Assembly: GCA_964399425.1 (NCBI GenBank)
Contig: CAYNQR010000005.1
Location: 5,883-69,882, forward strand
DNA length: 64,000 bases
Direction: 5' to 3'
From: an uncultured Dehalococcoidales bacterium
GTDB taxonomy: Bacteria; Chloroflexota; Dehalococcoidia; Dehalococcoidales; UBA5627
Part shown: one piece after another, positions 8,507 through 17,747 of the stretch
How the letters are laid out: each line of letters starts with the position of its first letter
Position numbering within the stretch: the first letter of the stretch is position 1
The notes under the pieces: model-generated
Database searches by the model: none
What the model saw: only the letters and a program-made list of their open reading frames with translations
What the model was told of the DNA's origin: nothing
Program-made: the position numbers and the translations under genes

Positions 8507-9789
8507 CACAGGTTAACATAAATGTTCATCAATTAACCCGTGTCGAAGGACATGGCAACATCGTTCTCAATGTAAAAGATGGGAAAATAGAAGAACTTAA
8601 ATGGATTGTTACCGAATCCCCCCGTTTCTTTGAAGTGATGATGCGGGACAGATACTACGAAGACGTTAATCACATCGCATCGAGAATATGCGGTATCTGT
8701 TCGATATCCCATTCTACCGTATCCTTACAGGCTACTGAAAAAGCATTCGGAGTGAGACCATCCGAACAGACCATACTCTTAAGAAAACTGTTATTTAACG
8801 CCGAATTATTAGAAAGCCATATTTTACACGTGATGTTCCTGGCGGCTCCTGATTTCCTGGGAGTAGGCAGCGTTTTCCCCTTGGTCGATACTCACAAAGA
8901 TGTGGTTATCATGGCATTAAGGTTGAAACGGCTTTCTTATAATCTGGCCGAGGCACTTGCCGGCAGAAAAACGCATCCTCTTTCATGCATCGTGGGCGGA
9001 TTTGCCAAGCTGCCGCAATACAGCGAACTTGAAGCCTTGCGCAAAAGACTGGAAGATGCGCTGGTCGATCTTGCTGCAATAGTCGATATTTTTAAAACGT
9101 TGAAGATTCCCGATTTTACCAGGGAAACTGAGTATATTGCGTTAAAAGACGATAATGAATACGCCTTTATCAGCGGACAGATTGCATCTTCCGATGCCGG
9201 GCTTACTCCCGTTGAAAACTATTTAAAGGTTACCAACGAGTTTTGTGTTCCGCACTCTACGGCTAAATATACTAAAAACGCCAGGGATTCGTATATGGTA
9301 GGGGCGCTGGCGCGTTTTAATATCAACCATGACAAACTGCTGCCGAAAGCTAAAAACGCCGCGGCAGAGCTTGGGCTGTCAGCTCCCAACTTCAATCCGT
9401 TTATGATAACCGTGGCACAGCTGGTAGAAGTAGTTCATGCCGTTGAACACAGCATCCAGATAATCGACCGTCTGTTTGAAAAAGGACTCAAGGAAGAACC
9501 CAACCTGGTCACCCCGAAGAGGGGTAGGGGTATTTCAGCGGTTGAAGCTCCCAGGGGTATCCTTTTCCATGACTATTCCTATGGAGAAAGCGGCATCTTG
9601 AAAGAAGCCAACTGTGTAATACCGACAAATCAGAATCATAATAACATTCAAAAAGACTTTGAAGCGCTGGTTCCTTTAATCCTTTGTCAACCGGAAGATG
9701 AAATACGGCATACTATGGAGATGTTGGTAAGGGCATACGACCCTTGTATATCTTGTTCCACACACATGTTGAGAATTAATTTTAAGTAA
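8503..9789 (+). CDS. hydA: [NiFe] hydrogenase large (alpha) subunit, group 3b-like
   Basis: N-terminal RICGICSISH (RxCGxC) and C-terminal DPCISCSTH followed by the 7-residue tail MLRINFK, a protease substrate. At 428 aa, the size is typical of sulfhydrogenase alpha. Confidence 0.85.
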   Translation: MTQVNINVHQLTRVEGHGNIVLNVKDGKIEELKWIVTESPRFFEVMMRDRYYEDVNHIASRICGICSISHSTVSLQATEKAFGVRPSEQTILLRKLLFNAELLESHILHVMFLAAPDFLGVGSVFPLVDTHKDVVIMALRLKRLSYNLAEALAGRKTHPLSCIVGGFAKLPQYSELEALRKRLEDALVDLAAIVDIFKTLKIPDFTRETEYIALKDDNEYAFISGQIASSDAGLTPVENYLKVTNEFCVPHSTAKYTKNARDSYMVGALARFNINHDKLLPKAKNAAAELGLSAPNFNPFMITVAQLVEVVHAVEHSIQIIDRLFEKGLKEEPNLVTPKRGRGISAVEAPRGILFHDYSYGESGILKEANCVIPTNQNHNNIQKDFEALVPLILCQPEDEIRHTMEMLVRAYDPCISCSTHMLRINFK

Positions 9790-9803
9790 TCAATCAAAAA
9801 CAG

Positions 9804-9855
9804 ACGGATGCAGTTGCAGGTTAATGTCTGAGAGTGACTGCATCCGTTTATTATT
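9804..9855 (+). terminator. intrinsic terminator after the hydrogenase operon
   Basis: ACGGATGCAGT (9804-9814) pairs with ACTGCATCCGT (9837-9847) and is followed by TTATTATTT. The loop is rather large (22 nt). Confidence 0.55.
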
Positions 9856-9975
9856 TACTATAACTGTCATATTATTATATCTGATAGCTTCACTTGATAT
9901 GTTCCGATGATTTGTCATTCCGGTCTAGATATATTGTGCCTTGATTATTTCAAACGATTGATTATGTCAATGTTC

Positions 9976-10004
9976 TTGACACAATTATTTGTGCCATTTA
10001 AAAT
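9976..10004 (+). promoter_or_regulatory. sigma-70-type promoter candidate (TTGACA-N17-TAAAAT)
   Basis: TTGACA at 9976-9981, a 17-nt spacer and TAAAAT at 9999-10004, about 19 nt upstream of the ATG at 10023. Confidence 0.5.
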
Positions 10005-10022
10005 GAATAACGAGGTAGAACT

Positions 10023-10436
10023 ATGATTTGTCCTGTTTGCAAAATGGATATGATTGATGTAGAGCATGACCAAATAGAATTGGACTATTGCGTTAAGTGC
10101 AAGGGTGTATGGTTCGATTCCAACGAACTCGAATTGTTGTTTGAAAAAATGAACTTTAAAAATTGTAGTCTATCAATTTTAGACTTAATAAATAAAATCG
10201 ATGATGAGATTTCCGAGAAAAAACACAAATGTCCTATGTGTAAAAAGACAATGGGAAAAGTGAAAATCGGAGATTCTTCGCAGACGGTTATAGATATATG
10301 TCTTAACGGCGATGGTTTATGGTTCGATGGGGGAGAAGTTATTCAGTTAATAAAAAATACTTCACATAATAATCGGCCGCAAGCCTGTGCCGAACAACAG
10401 GTAATAAACTTCCTCGGAGAGGTTTTCCATATATAG
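10023..10436 (+). CDS. double zinc-ribbon protein (TFIIB-type zf domain x2)
   Basis: Two copies of CPxC...C(V/L)xC.G(V/L)WFD (CPVCKMD..CVKCKGVWFDSNELE and CPMCKKT...GDGLWFDGGE). Confidence 0.6.
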   Translation: MICPVCKMDMIDVEHDQIELDYCVKCKGVWFDSNELELLFEKMNFKNCSLSILDLINKIDDEISEKKHKCPMCKKTMGKVKIGDSSQTVIDICLNGDGLWFDGGEVIQLIKNTSHNNRPQACAEQQVINFLGEVFHI

Positions 10437-10485
10437 GGAAGTTTAATAGCACCCCGGAAAAGGGGGCTATATCAGGAGGTGTTTT

Positions 10486-11052
10486 TTGGAAATCGTACTT
10501 TGGGTTTTACTGGGTGTTGTAGTATTGTTGCTGCTTTTTTATGTCTTCACCTACAATGGATTGGTCCGCTTACGCAACCAGGTTAAGAACGCCTGGGCTC
10601 AGATAGATGTACAGTTAAAGAGAAGATATGACCTTATACCCAACCTTATGGAAACGGTTAAGGGTTATATGAAACATGAAAGAGAAACTTTGGAAGCCGT
10701 AACCAATGCCAGAAATCTGGCTCAGAAAATATCCGACGGCGGCGCTGCAGCCCGTTCCAAAGCTGAGGGCGAGTTGAGTACCGCATTGGGAAGATTACTG
10801 GCTGTTGCGGAAAATTATCCCGATTTAAAGGCTAACCAGAACTTCCTTGCTTTGCAGGAAGAACTGGCTTCAACTGAAAATAAAATCAGCTTTTCACGCC
10901 AGTTTTATAATGATTCCGTTTTAAATTATAACAATAAAATACAGATGTTCCCGTCGAATATCGTTGCCGGGATGAGCGGATTTAAGATCGGTGAATTCTT
11001 TGAAGTTACAGCCGCAAACGAGAGAGAGGCTCCCAAAGTCAGTTTCAATTAA
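10486..11052 (+). CDS. lemA: LemA family membrane protein
   Basis: N-terminal TM, then [38 protein letters not shown] and FYND, all characteristic of LemA. TTG start with GGAGG SD. Confidence 0.85.
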   Translation: MEIVLWVLLGVVVLLLLFYVFTYNGLVRLRNQVKNAWAQIDVQLKRRYDLIPNLMETVKGYMKHERETLEAVTNARNLAQKISDGGAAARSKAEGELSTALGRLLAVAENYPDLKANQNFLALQEELASTENKISFSRQFYNDSVLNYNNKIQMFPSNIVAGMSGFKIGEFFEVTAANEREAPKVSFN

Positions 11053-11068
11053 AGGAAAGTAACGCAAT

Positions 11069-12268
11069 ATGTGGGAACAGATAAGATCCAACCAGATAAG
11101 GTCGGCGATTCTGGTCATTGGCATGGGTGCTTTGCTATTCGTAATCGGCTATTTCCTGGGCTTGTACTTCTTCGATAGCGGAATAGGCGGGCTGGTAATT
11201 GCAATAGCATTATGGCTTATAATGACGCTAATCGGCTATTTTCAGGGCGATAGCATCCTTTTAGCTTCTGCCGGCGCCAAAAAAATCAGCCATGACGACC
11301 ATCCGCGCCTCTATAATATTGTAGAAGAGATGCGTATCGCTTCCGGATTGCCGAAGACACCCGATATCTACATAATCGATGACCCTTCGCTGAATGCCTT
11401 TGCCACGGGGCGTGACCCGAATAAGGCTGCTGTAGCCATTACTTCCGGTTTACTGCAACAGTTGAACCGCGATGAGTTACAGGGTGTTATGGCGCATGAA
11501 ATATCCCACATAAAAAACAGGGATGTTTTACTGATGGCTATGACCAGCGTCCTATTGGGCACAATAGTGATGTTGTCATGGTACGGGTCGCGCATTATGA
11601 TTTTCGGGGGCGGCGGTTCGAGGCGCGATTCATCGTCCGGAGGCGGGGCACAGGCGATCATAATGATTATTGCCCTGGTATTAATGATATTGGCGCCGAT
11701 ATTCGCACAGTTAATATATTTTGCCATATCGAGGAAACGTGAATATTTAGCCGATGCCTCAGCAGCTATGTACACCAGGTATCCGGAAGGATTGGCTTCG
11801 GCACTGGAAAAACTGGGGGCATCGACCGGTCAATTGAAGTCCGCTAACCAGGCAACCGCTCCGATGTATATTGTTAATCCGTTTCGTAAAAAGGGGAGAG
11901 CGGCGACCGATTTGAGCAGTACCCATCCGCCGATATCGGAAAGGATTCGTATACTGCGTTCGATGGGCGGCGGAGCCAACTATATCGATTATGAAAAAGC
12001 CTATAAAGAGGTGCATAAGGGCAGGGGTAGTGTTATACCGGCTTCTGCGATGTCGCTGGCCGGCGCTTCGTCCCGAGCGGTATCCCCCGCTTCGGCAAGC
12101 GATGACCCCGGCAGGCTTGAAAGAACGCGCGAGACTTCGGATGTAATGTGGAAGTTAAGTAATTACAAGACTATAGATTGCCCTTGCGGAACTAAATTAA
12201 GAATTCCTCCGCACTTTAGTGAAAAGAGAATACAGTGTCCGCACTGCGGGAGAAACCATACAGTATAA
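11069..12268 (+). CDS. htpX: M48-family zinc metalloprotease (HtpX-like) with C-terminal zinc ribbon
   Basis: HEISH zinc motif, multiple TM segments, a Gly/Ser-rich loop, and a C-terminal CPCG...CPHCG. It pairs with LemA, a common arrangement. Confidence 0.8.
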   Translation: MWEQIRSNQIRSAILVIGMGALLFVIGYFLGLYFFDSGIGGLVIAIALWLIMTLIGYFQGDSILLASAGAKKISHDDHPRLYNIVEEMRIASGLPKTPDIYIIDDPSLNAFATGRDPNKAAVAITSGLLQQLNRDELQGVMAHEISHIKNRDVLLMAMTSVLLGTIVMLSWYGSRIMIFGGGGSRRDSSSGGGAQAIIMIIALVLMILAPIFAQLIYFAISRKREYLADASAAMYTRYPEGLASALEKLGASTGQLKSANQATAPMYIVNPFRKKGRAATDLSSTHPPISERIRILRSMGGGANYIDYEKAYKEVHKGRGSVIPASAMSLAGASSRAVSPASASDDPGRLERTRETSDVMWKLSNYKTIDCPCGTKLRIPPHFSEKRIQCPHCGRNHTV

Positions 12269-12296
12269 TAGATATATAACATCAGGCAGATAATTA

Positions 12297-12331
12297 ACAG
12301 GGGAGATATATGTTTGTCTCCCCTGTTTGTT
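12297..12331 (+). terminator. intrinsic terminator after htpX
   Basis: ACAGGGGAGA (12297-12306) pairs with TCTCCCCTGT (12317-12326) and is followed by TTGTT. Confidence 0.6.
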
Positions 12332-12453
12332 ACAGAAACAATAGCGGAAAAATGAGTTAGTCCGAAGTCTGCCTTGAGCTATCGTTTATACAATGATAAA
12401 ATGCTTTAGGATAATAATACTCAATTTAAAGAGCGTGTAACATCGATGTCTCC

Positions 12454-12538
12454 GGGGGAGTGTCGGAACTGGCAGACGAGCAAGACTTAGGATCTTGTGC
12501 CGCAAGGCGTGGGGGTTCAAATCCCCCCTTCCCCACCA
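12454..12538 (+). tRNA. tRNA-Leu (anticodon TAG), CCA encoded
   Basis: Hand-folded cloverleaf. Acceptor GGGGGAG/CTTCCCC (one G-U pair), anticodon stem CAAGA/TCTTG with loop CTTAGGA, long variable arm TGCCGCAAGGCGT, T arm GGGGG-TTCAAAT-CCCCC, then A-CCA. Confidence 0.85.
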
Positions 12539-12756
12539 ATAATAGCCCCGGTGGGAGAGCTAACCTCCCCTTTTTGTGTAAAAATTCCGGATATCAGGCA
12601 TAAAATATATTGACTTTGCCAGTTTTTCAGTGTAATCTGATTGTCAGAGGTATTTTAAATACCATAATATGTTGTGTCAGCCTTTGAAGATGACTAACTC
12701 CTTTATTACGAGGAGTGTTATAAATATATGTTGTTTTATAGTTAAAGGAGGCACGC

Positions 12757-14514
12757 ATGCAAGGTGATGAACTAAAAAATAAAGCAAATCCACCCCAGGA
12801 ACTTCCCCCACCCCCCAAAATTCTTACAAAACCGCTTCCTGCTATTCTGGATGATATGGAAGCCAATATCAGGGCTGCCGTTGAAGCTGCCAAGAGAGCT
12901 GAAGACGCTTCGAAGAAAGCCAATGAGGCTGCAGTATTGGCTACACAAGCATCAGGAGAAGCGGAAAAAAGAGCGGAAGATGCCCGTAAGGCAGGGGAGA
13001 CCGCTGCACAGAAAGCTACTGCGGCAGCCGCTGAGGCGGCGGCTAAAGCTGAACGGATAGCTCAAATTGCCATTGCCGATGCCGAGAAAGCAGAGAAGAA
13101 AGCGAAAGAGGCAGCGGATGCCGCCAGCAGAGCGGCAGAAGAAGCGGCAAACAGAGCGGAAGAAGCAGCTCTTCGTGCTGAAGAAATAGCCCGGGCAGCT
13201 CAATATGCTGCCGAGGAAGCTACCGCAAAATCCAACGAAGTTGCACAGGCGGCTAAGGAAGTGGCTGCCGCTGCATTGAAAGCGGCAGAGGAAGCAGCTA
13301 TAAGGGCTGAAGATGCGGCAATTCTTGCCAGAGAAGCTGTAGAACGCTCTATCGAGGCGGCAAATGCGGCAGCGAAGCAGGCGGAAAATTCGGCAAAACT
13401 AGCGAAGTCGGCAACGGCAGAGGCGAACAAAAATCTGAATGCCGAGTCTGCCAAGAAAGCTGACGAAGCCGGTAGAGACTCCAAAAAAGCGGCAGCTGTT
13501 GCCTTCCGTTTGGCCGATGAAACTGCCAGAAAAGGCGAATTGGCTGACATTGCCGGAGACGCGGCTATACTGGCGGCTAGCAGAATATCCGGAATGCTGG
13601 CTGAAAGAATTGATGAATCGGGCAAGGATGCCAAAGAAGCTGCTTCGAAAGCATCCCGTATTGTAGATGAGACTGCCAGGAAAGCAGAATTAGCAGATGC
13701 CGCCGGTGATGAAGCGATGGCGGCAGCTATAAATGCCCTTGCCGAACAGGCTGCAAAGAGAGCACGGGAAGCAGCTATCGCAGCTAAAGAATCAGCTTTA
13801 AGTTCGATAGAAGCTGCAAAAGCGGCATCAAAGATATCCGATGAAAAACTGGAATTGGCTAAAGCGGCAGCGGCAGAAGCAGCGGCAAAGAGTACTGTAG
13901 AATCCGCCGGAAAGGCTGATGAGGCAGGCAGAGAAGCCAAGAAGGCTGCATTGGCTGCAACGCGCTTAGCTCAGGAAGTAGCCAGGAAAGGGGAACTGGC
14001 GGGAATTGCAGGCAGAGAAGCAACGGAAGCTGCGACAAAAGTATCCGGTGAATCTGCTATAAGTACTGCGCAGGCAGGCAAAGAAGCCAGTGAAGCATCG
14101 ATTGCGGCTGCAAAACTGGCTGAAGAGGTAGCGAAAAAAGCAGAGCAGGCAGATATAGCGGCAGATAAGGCTCTGGCAGCGGCTATTTCGTCAGCCGTAG
14201 CTCAGGCATTTGCCAAAGCGGAAGAAGCTCAAAGGGCTTCGCAGACAGCCAGCGCCAGAGCTGCCGATATTGCAAGAATGAGGGCTGAGGAAACCGATAA
14301 AGCAGCGAGGGAAGCGGTTGCCCGTGCTGAGGAAATAGCCAGGGCAGCGCAGAAAGCCGCTGACGAAGCCTTGGCAAAAGCGGAAGAAGCGCTTGTCAAG
14401 AAGATAGTCAGAAAACTCACGCAATCGGAGTGGGTGATATACATGATAATTATCATTCTGGCGATTGTTATGGGTTCCGTTTTCCTGGCTGTTGCTTTGA
14501 CTACCGGATTATAA
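12757..14514 (+). CDS. alanine/glutamate/lysine-rich coiled-coil protein, C-terminal transmembrane anchor
   Basis: 585-aa ORF with SD AAAGGAGG. A Pro-rich N-terminus (PPQELPPPPK) and about 520 aa of A/E/K-rich sequence with four recurring units of the type AG(R/K)(D/E)(A/S)K.AA...RL..E.A(R/K)K.ELA.(I/A)AG. One terminal TM (WVIYMIIIILAIVMGSVFLAVALT). No signal peptide. Confidence 0.7.
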   Translation: MQGDELKNKANPPQELPPPPKILTKPLPAILDDMEANIRAAVEAAKRAEDASKKANEAAVLATQASGEAEKRAEDARKAGETAAQKATAAAAEAAAKAERIAQIAIADAEKAEKKAKEAADAASRAAEEAANRAEEAALRAEEIARAAQYAAEEATAKSNEVAQAAKEVAAAALKAAEEAAIRAEDAAILAREAVERSIEAANAAAKQAENSAKLAKSATAEANKNLNAESAKKADEAGRDSKKAAAVAFRLADETARKGELADIAGDAAILAASRISGMLAERIDESGKDAKEAASKASRIVDETARKAELADAAGDEAMAAAINALAEQAAKRAREAAIAAKESALSSIEAAKAASKISDEKLELAKAAAAEAAAKSTVESAGKADEAGREAKKAALAATRLAQEVARKGELAGIAGREATEAATKVSGESAISTAQAGKEASEASIAAAKLAEEVAKKAEQADIAADKALAAAISSAVAQAFAKAEEAQRASQTASARAADIARMRAEETDKAAREAVARAEEIARAAQKAADEALAKAEEALVKKIVRKLTQSEWVIYMIIIILAIVMGSVFLAVALTTGL

Positions 14515-14575
14515 ACGAATAATTTAATAGTAAACAAATACAATGTTATACCGGCCATCGGCAATCGGGAAATAA

Positions 14576-14604
14576 TTGATTTTATAGCTGATGGCTGGTA
14601 TAAT
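14576..14604 (+). promoter_or_regulatory. sigma-70-type promoter candidate (TTGATT-N17-TATAAT) upstream of thrS
   Basis: TTGATT at 14576-14581, a 17-nt spacer and TATAAT at 14599-14604. Confidence 0.5.
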
Positions 14605-14629
14605 AAGTTTTCATGGGTGAATATAAAAA

Positions 14630-14665
14630 CCTCTCTACTTCAATTTGAGTGAGGGGTTTTTATTT
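14630..14665 (+). terminator. intrinsic terminator / possible thrS leader attenuator
   Basis: CCTCTCTACT (14630-14639) pairs with AGTGAGGGG (14648-14656) with one bulge and is followed by TTTTTATTT. It lies between the candidate promoter and the thrS start. Confidence 0.6.
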
Positions 14666-14694
14666 AATGAATTGTTTTGTACGGATATTCAATT

Positions 14695-16464
14695 ATGAAT
14701 GATGAAATCAATATAGAGCCAAGCGAACAAAACCTCGAAATGGAAAAAATGCGCCATTCAGCGGCGCATGTTATGGCTGAGGCCGTTTTAGCGTTATTTC
14801 CCGATGCGAAATTCGCTATAGGGCCGAGTATCGCAAACGGTTTTTATTACGATTTCGATTTACCGAGACCTTTAACGCCGGATGATTTATCCGTGATAAC
14901 CGACAAGATGAATTGTATTATTTCACAAAACATGCCTTTTCAGCATGACGAAATAACAAAGGATCAAGCACGCAGCCTTTTCGCTGCTCAACCTTATAAA
15001 ATCGAGCTCATTAACGATATCGAGGATGAGAAAGTCAGTATTTACCGGCAGGGAAATTTTACCGATTTGTGCCGTGGCCCTCATGTGGATTCCACCGGTA
15101 AAATCAAGGCATTTAAACTGGTGAACATTGCCGGCGCCTACTGGCGCGGTGACGAGAAGAATCCGATGCTTCAACGCATTTATGGAATGGCTTTCAATAC
15201 ACAAAAGGAATTGGATGAGCATCTCTTGCAATTGGAAGAGGCTAAAAAACGTGATCATCGCAAGCTTGGTAAAGAATTGGAAATCTTTACCTTTGATGAT
15301 GAAATTGGACAGGGATTACCTCTTTGGCTGCCCAACGGCGCAGTAATGATAGAGGAAATCGAAAAACTGGCGATAGAAACAGAATTTCGTCATGGTTATG
15401 TGCGTGTGAGGACTCCTCACATATCGAAAGAAGACCTTTTCAAGCATAGCGGGCATTTACCCTATTATGCAGAATCAATGTATCCGCCGATGGAACTCGA
15501 GGGTGTACGCTATTACGTGAAACCGATGAATTGCCCGATGCATCATAAAATCTTTGCCAGCAAACCACGCAGCTATCGCGATTTACCTCTACGTCTGGCG
15601 GAATATGGCACCTGCTATCGCTATGAAAAATCCGGTGAGTTGTTTGGATTAATGCGCGTGCGTTCAATGCAAATGAACGATGCTCATATATATTGTTCGG
15701 AGAGTCAGTTTGAGCAGGAATTCACCGATGTAATAGAAATGTATCTGGAATATTTTAAATTGTTCAATATAACGGAATATACAATGCGTTTAAGCACGCA
15801 TGATGTCAGCGGTCTTGGTAAAAAATATGTCAACAATCCCGTGCTTTGGCTGAAAACCGAGGATATGGTTCGTAAAGCGATGGAGCATAATAATATTCCA
15901 TACTATGAAGTTGCAAACGAAGCTGCCTTCTACGGCCCTAAGATAGATGTACAGGTTAAAAGTGTTATCGGCAAAGAATTTACATTGGCAACTAATCAGG
16001 TTGATTTTGCTCAATCCGAGCGTTTTGATCTGGAATTTACAAACGAAAAAGGGGAGAAGGAACGTCCTTTAATAATTCATCGTGCTCCTTTATCCACTCA
16101 TGAACGTCTTATCGGTTTTTTGCTGGAGCAGTATGCCGGGGCATTTCCTGTTTGGCTATCGCCGCTTCAAGTAGCGATATTACCGATTGCAGACCGTCAT
16201 CAGGATTATGCCAAAAAACTGGAATGCGAATTAAAAGGCAAAAATGTGAGGGCGGAAACCGATTATCAGCAGGGTACCGTTAACAATAAAATCAGGCAGG
16301 CGCAAACCAAAAAAATACCTTATATGCTTATTATCGGAGATAAGGAAGTCGATAACGGTACTGTTTCGGTGCGTTTCAGAAACGGCGAACAAAGGAACGG
16401 TATTCCTTTCAATGATTTTATGAATATAGCTCTTAAAGCGGTAACGGAAAAAACTGAAAATTAA
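14695..16464 (+). CDS. thrS: threonine--tRNA ligase (short form without N-terminal TGS domain)
   Basis: HSAAH editing-domain motif near the N-terminus and class II core motifs (RVRSMQMNDAHIY, HRAPLSTHERLIG). The tracked ORF starts at TTG 14677, so the ATG at 14695 is an alternative start. Conserved thrS-infC-rpmI-rplT order. Confidence 0.9.
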   Translation: MNDEINIEPSEQNLEMEKMRHSAAHVMAEAVLALFPDAKFAIGPSIANGFYYDFDLPRPLTPDDLSVITDKMNCIISQNMPFQHDEITKDQARSLFAAQPYKIELINDIEDEKVSIYRQGNFTDLCRGPHVDSTGKIKAFKLVNIAGAYWRGDEKNPMLQRIYGMAFNTQKELDEHLLQLEEAKKRDHRKLGKELEIFTFDDEIGQGLPLWLPNGAVMIEEIEKLAIETEFRHGYVRVRTPHISKEDLFKHSGHLPYYAESMYPPMELEGVRYYVKPMNCPMHHKIFASKPRSYRDLPLRLAEYGTCYRYEKSGELFGLMRVRSMQMNDAHIYCSESQFEQEFTDVIEMYLEYFKLFNITEYTMRLSTHDVSGLGKKYVNNPVLWLKTEDMVRKAMEHNNIPYYEVANEAAFYGPKIDVQVKSVIGKEFTLATNQVDFAQSERFDLEFTNEKGEKERPLIIHRAPLSTHERLIGFLLEQYAGAFPVWLSPLQVAILPIADRHQDYAKKLECELKGKNVRAETDYQQGTVNNKIRQAQTKKIPYMLIIGDKEVDNGTVSVRFRNGEQRNGIPFNDFMNIALKAVTEKTEN

Positions 16465-16544
16465 AAATACTTGATAAGAATAGCTTTACTATGCTATAGT
16501 CCTTTTATGAAAGTCAGAGAATAGGGGAGGGATATAAAGACATA

Positions 16545-17108
16545 ATTAAAGAGTTACGTGTAAACGAAAAAATTAAGTGCAAAGAAGTACGTCTCGTCGG
16601 CGAAAAGGGTGAGCAGTTAGGTATAATGCCTTTGTATCAGGCACGCGAACTCGCTAAGAAACAGGGTTTCGATCTCGTAGAAGTTGCACCGATGGCTGTT
16701 CCGCCTGTTTGCCGTCTTATGGATTATGGGAAATTTAAGTATCAACAGACAAGAAAAGAACGAGAGACAAAAAAGACACAGAGACTTTCGTTACTAAGAG
16801 AAGTAAGGCTTCGTCCCAAAATTGGCGACCACGATTTCGATGCCAAGGCCAGGGCAGCGAAAAGGCTTTTGGAGGGTGGAGATAAAGTTAAATTAACCAT
16901 AATGTTTCGCGGACGTGAAAATGCTCATCCTGAATTGGGTTTACGCTTACTGGAAAAAATGTCTGATTCCCTGAAAGAAATCGCTTCTGTTGAAAAGCAA
17001 CCGATTAAAGAAGGAGCGAGATTACATATCATATTAGTGCCGCAACAATCGGCTTTGAAAACTAAAGTAAAGGAAGAAGTAAAACAGGAAGAAGATGCCA
17101 AAACTTAA
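16545..17108 (+). CDS. infC: translation initiation factor IF-3, non-AUG start
   Basis: IF-3 homology (IKELRVNEKIKCKEVRLVGEKGEQLG) extends upstream of the tracked ATG at 16626. In-frame ATA 16542 / ATT 16545 follow GGGGAGG (16524-16530). An AUU start is the known autoregulatory feature of infC. Confidence 0.85.
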   Translation: MKELRVNEKIKCKEVRLVGEKGEQLGIMPLYQARELAKKQGFDLVEVAPMAVPPVCRLMDYGKFKYQQTRKERETKKTQRLSLLREVRLRPKIGDHDFDAKARAAKRLLEGGDKVKLTIMFRGRENAHPELGLRLLEKMSDSLKEIASVEKQPIKEGARLHIILVPQQSALKTKVKEEVKQEEDAKT

Positions 17109-17295
17109 AACACACAAAGGTGCAAAAACCAGATTCCATATCACCGGCAGCGGGAAGATTTTGCGTACCAAGGGTATGAAAAGTCATTTACGCCGCAATA
17201 AATCCCGCCGGGTGAAGATGCAGTTCGATGAAACTATCCCGCTGCATTCGGCTGACGAAAAAAGAATAAAAAGGCTTATCCCGAACGGGGTATAG
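17095..17295 (+). CDS. rpmI: 50S ribosomal protein L35
   Basis: MPKLKTHKGAKTRF...KSHLRR, typical of L35. Overlaps the infC 3' end. Confidence 0.9.
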   Translation: MPKLKTHKGAKTRFHITGSGKILRTKGMKSHLRRNKSRRVKMQFDETIPLHSADEKRIKRLIPNGV

Positions 17296-17313
17296 TTAGG
17301 TAGGAGTAATAAT

Positions 17314-17664
17314 TTGCCAAGAGTAAAAAAGGGTGTAACCGCACATAGACGACATAAAAAAGTGCTCGCAATTACCAAGGGGCACAGGGCAAGCAATCAT
17401 TCGCTTTATAAGCGTGCACATGAATCTATGATGCATTCGTTAAGATATGCATATATTCATCGCAGAGACCGCAAGGGGGATATGAGAAAGCTCTGGATTA
17501 CCCGTATCAATGCGGCAAGCAGAGCATATGGTGTAACTTACAGCCAGTTGATGAACGGGTTAAAAGCTTCGGGAATTGATATTAACCGCAAGATGCTGGC
17601 TGATATGGCTGTTAACGAACCGGATTCGTTTGCCAAACTGGTAAAACTGGGACAGGCATCTTAA
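17314..17664 (+). CDS. rplT: 50S ribosomal protein L20
   Basis: [18 protein letters not shown]...YIHRRDRKG, typical of L20. TTG start. Confidence 0.9.
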   Translation: MPRVKKGVTAHRRHKKVLAITKGHRASNHSLYKRAHESMMHSLRYAYIHRRDRKGDMRKLWITRINAASRAYGVTYSQLMNGLKASGIDINRKMLADMAVNEPDSFAKLVKLGQAS

Positions 17665-17687
17665 AACAGCATCGCTTACATTGCAAT

Positions 17688-17726
17688 AAAAAAACCCACG
17701 CTATTCAGCGAGGGTTTTTCGTTTTT
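17688..17726. terminator. bidirectional intrinsic terminator between convergent rplT and the Pat-like gene
   Basis: A-run, then CCCACGC / GCGAGGG stem (one internal mismatch), then a T-run. It sits between two convergent stop codons. Confidence 0.55.
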
Positions 17727-17747
17727 CTGTCTTTTTAACGGATTGGA

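Noticed and set aside
8503-9789. Selenocysteine-containing ([NiFeSe]) large subunit
   Set aside because: The C-terminal motif is DPCISCSTH with ordinary Cys codons, and the ORF has no in-frame TGA.
12851-14564. Many long ORFs on both strands inside the Ala-rich gene (for example 13200..13940 minus, 246 aa; 14229..14564 minus; 12952..13203 minus)
   Set aside because: They are by-products of the GCN/GAA/AAG-biased repetitive coding sequence, because reverse and shifted frames of Ala-rich genes are stop-poor. Their products are low-complexity, and the sense ORF has a proper SD, start and TM anchor.
14515-14676. T-box riboswitch upstream of thrS
   Set aside because: The leader is only about 85-160 nt. 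I could not find the conserved T-box sequence (AGGGUGGNACCGCG-like) or a specifier-loop architecture. The region is kept only as a generic attenuator candidate.
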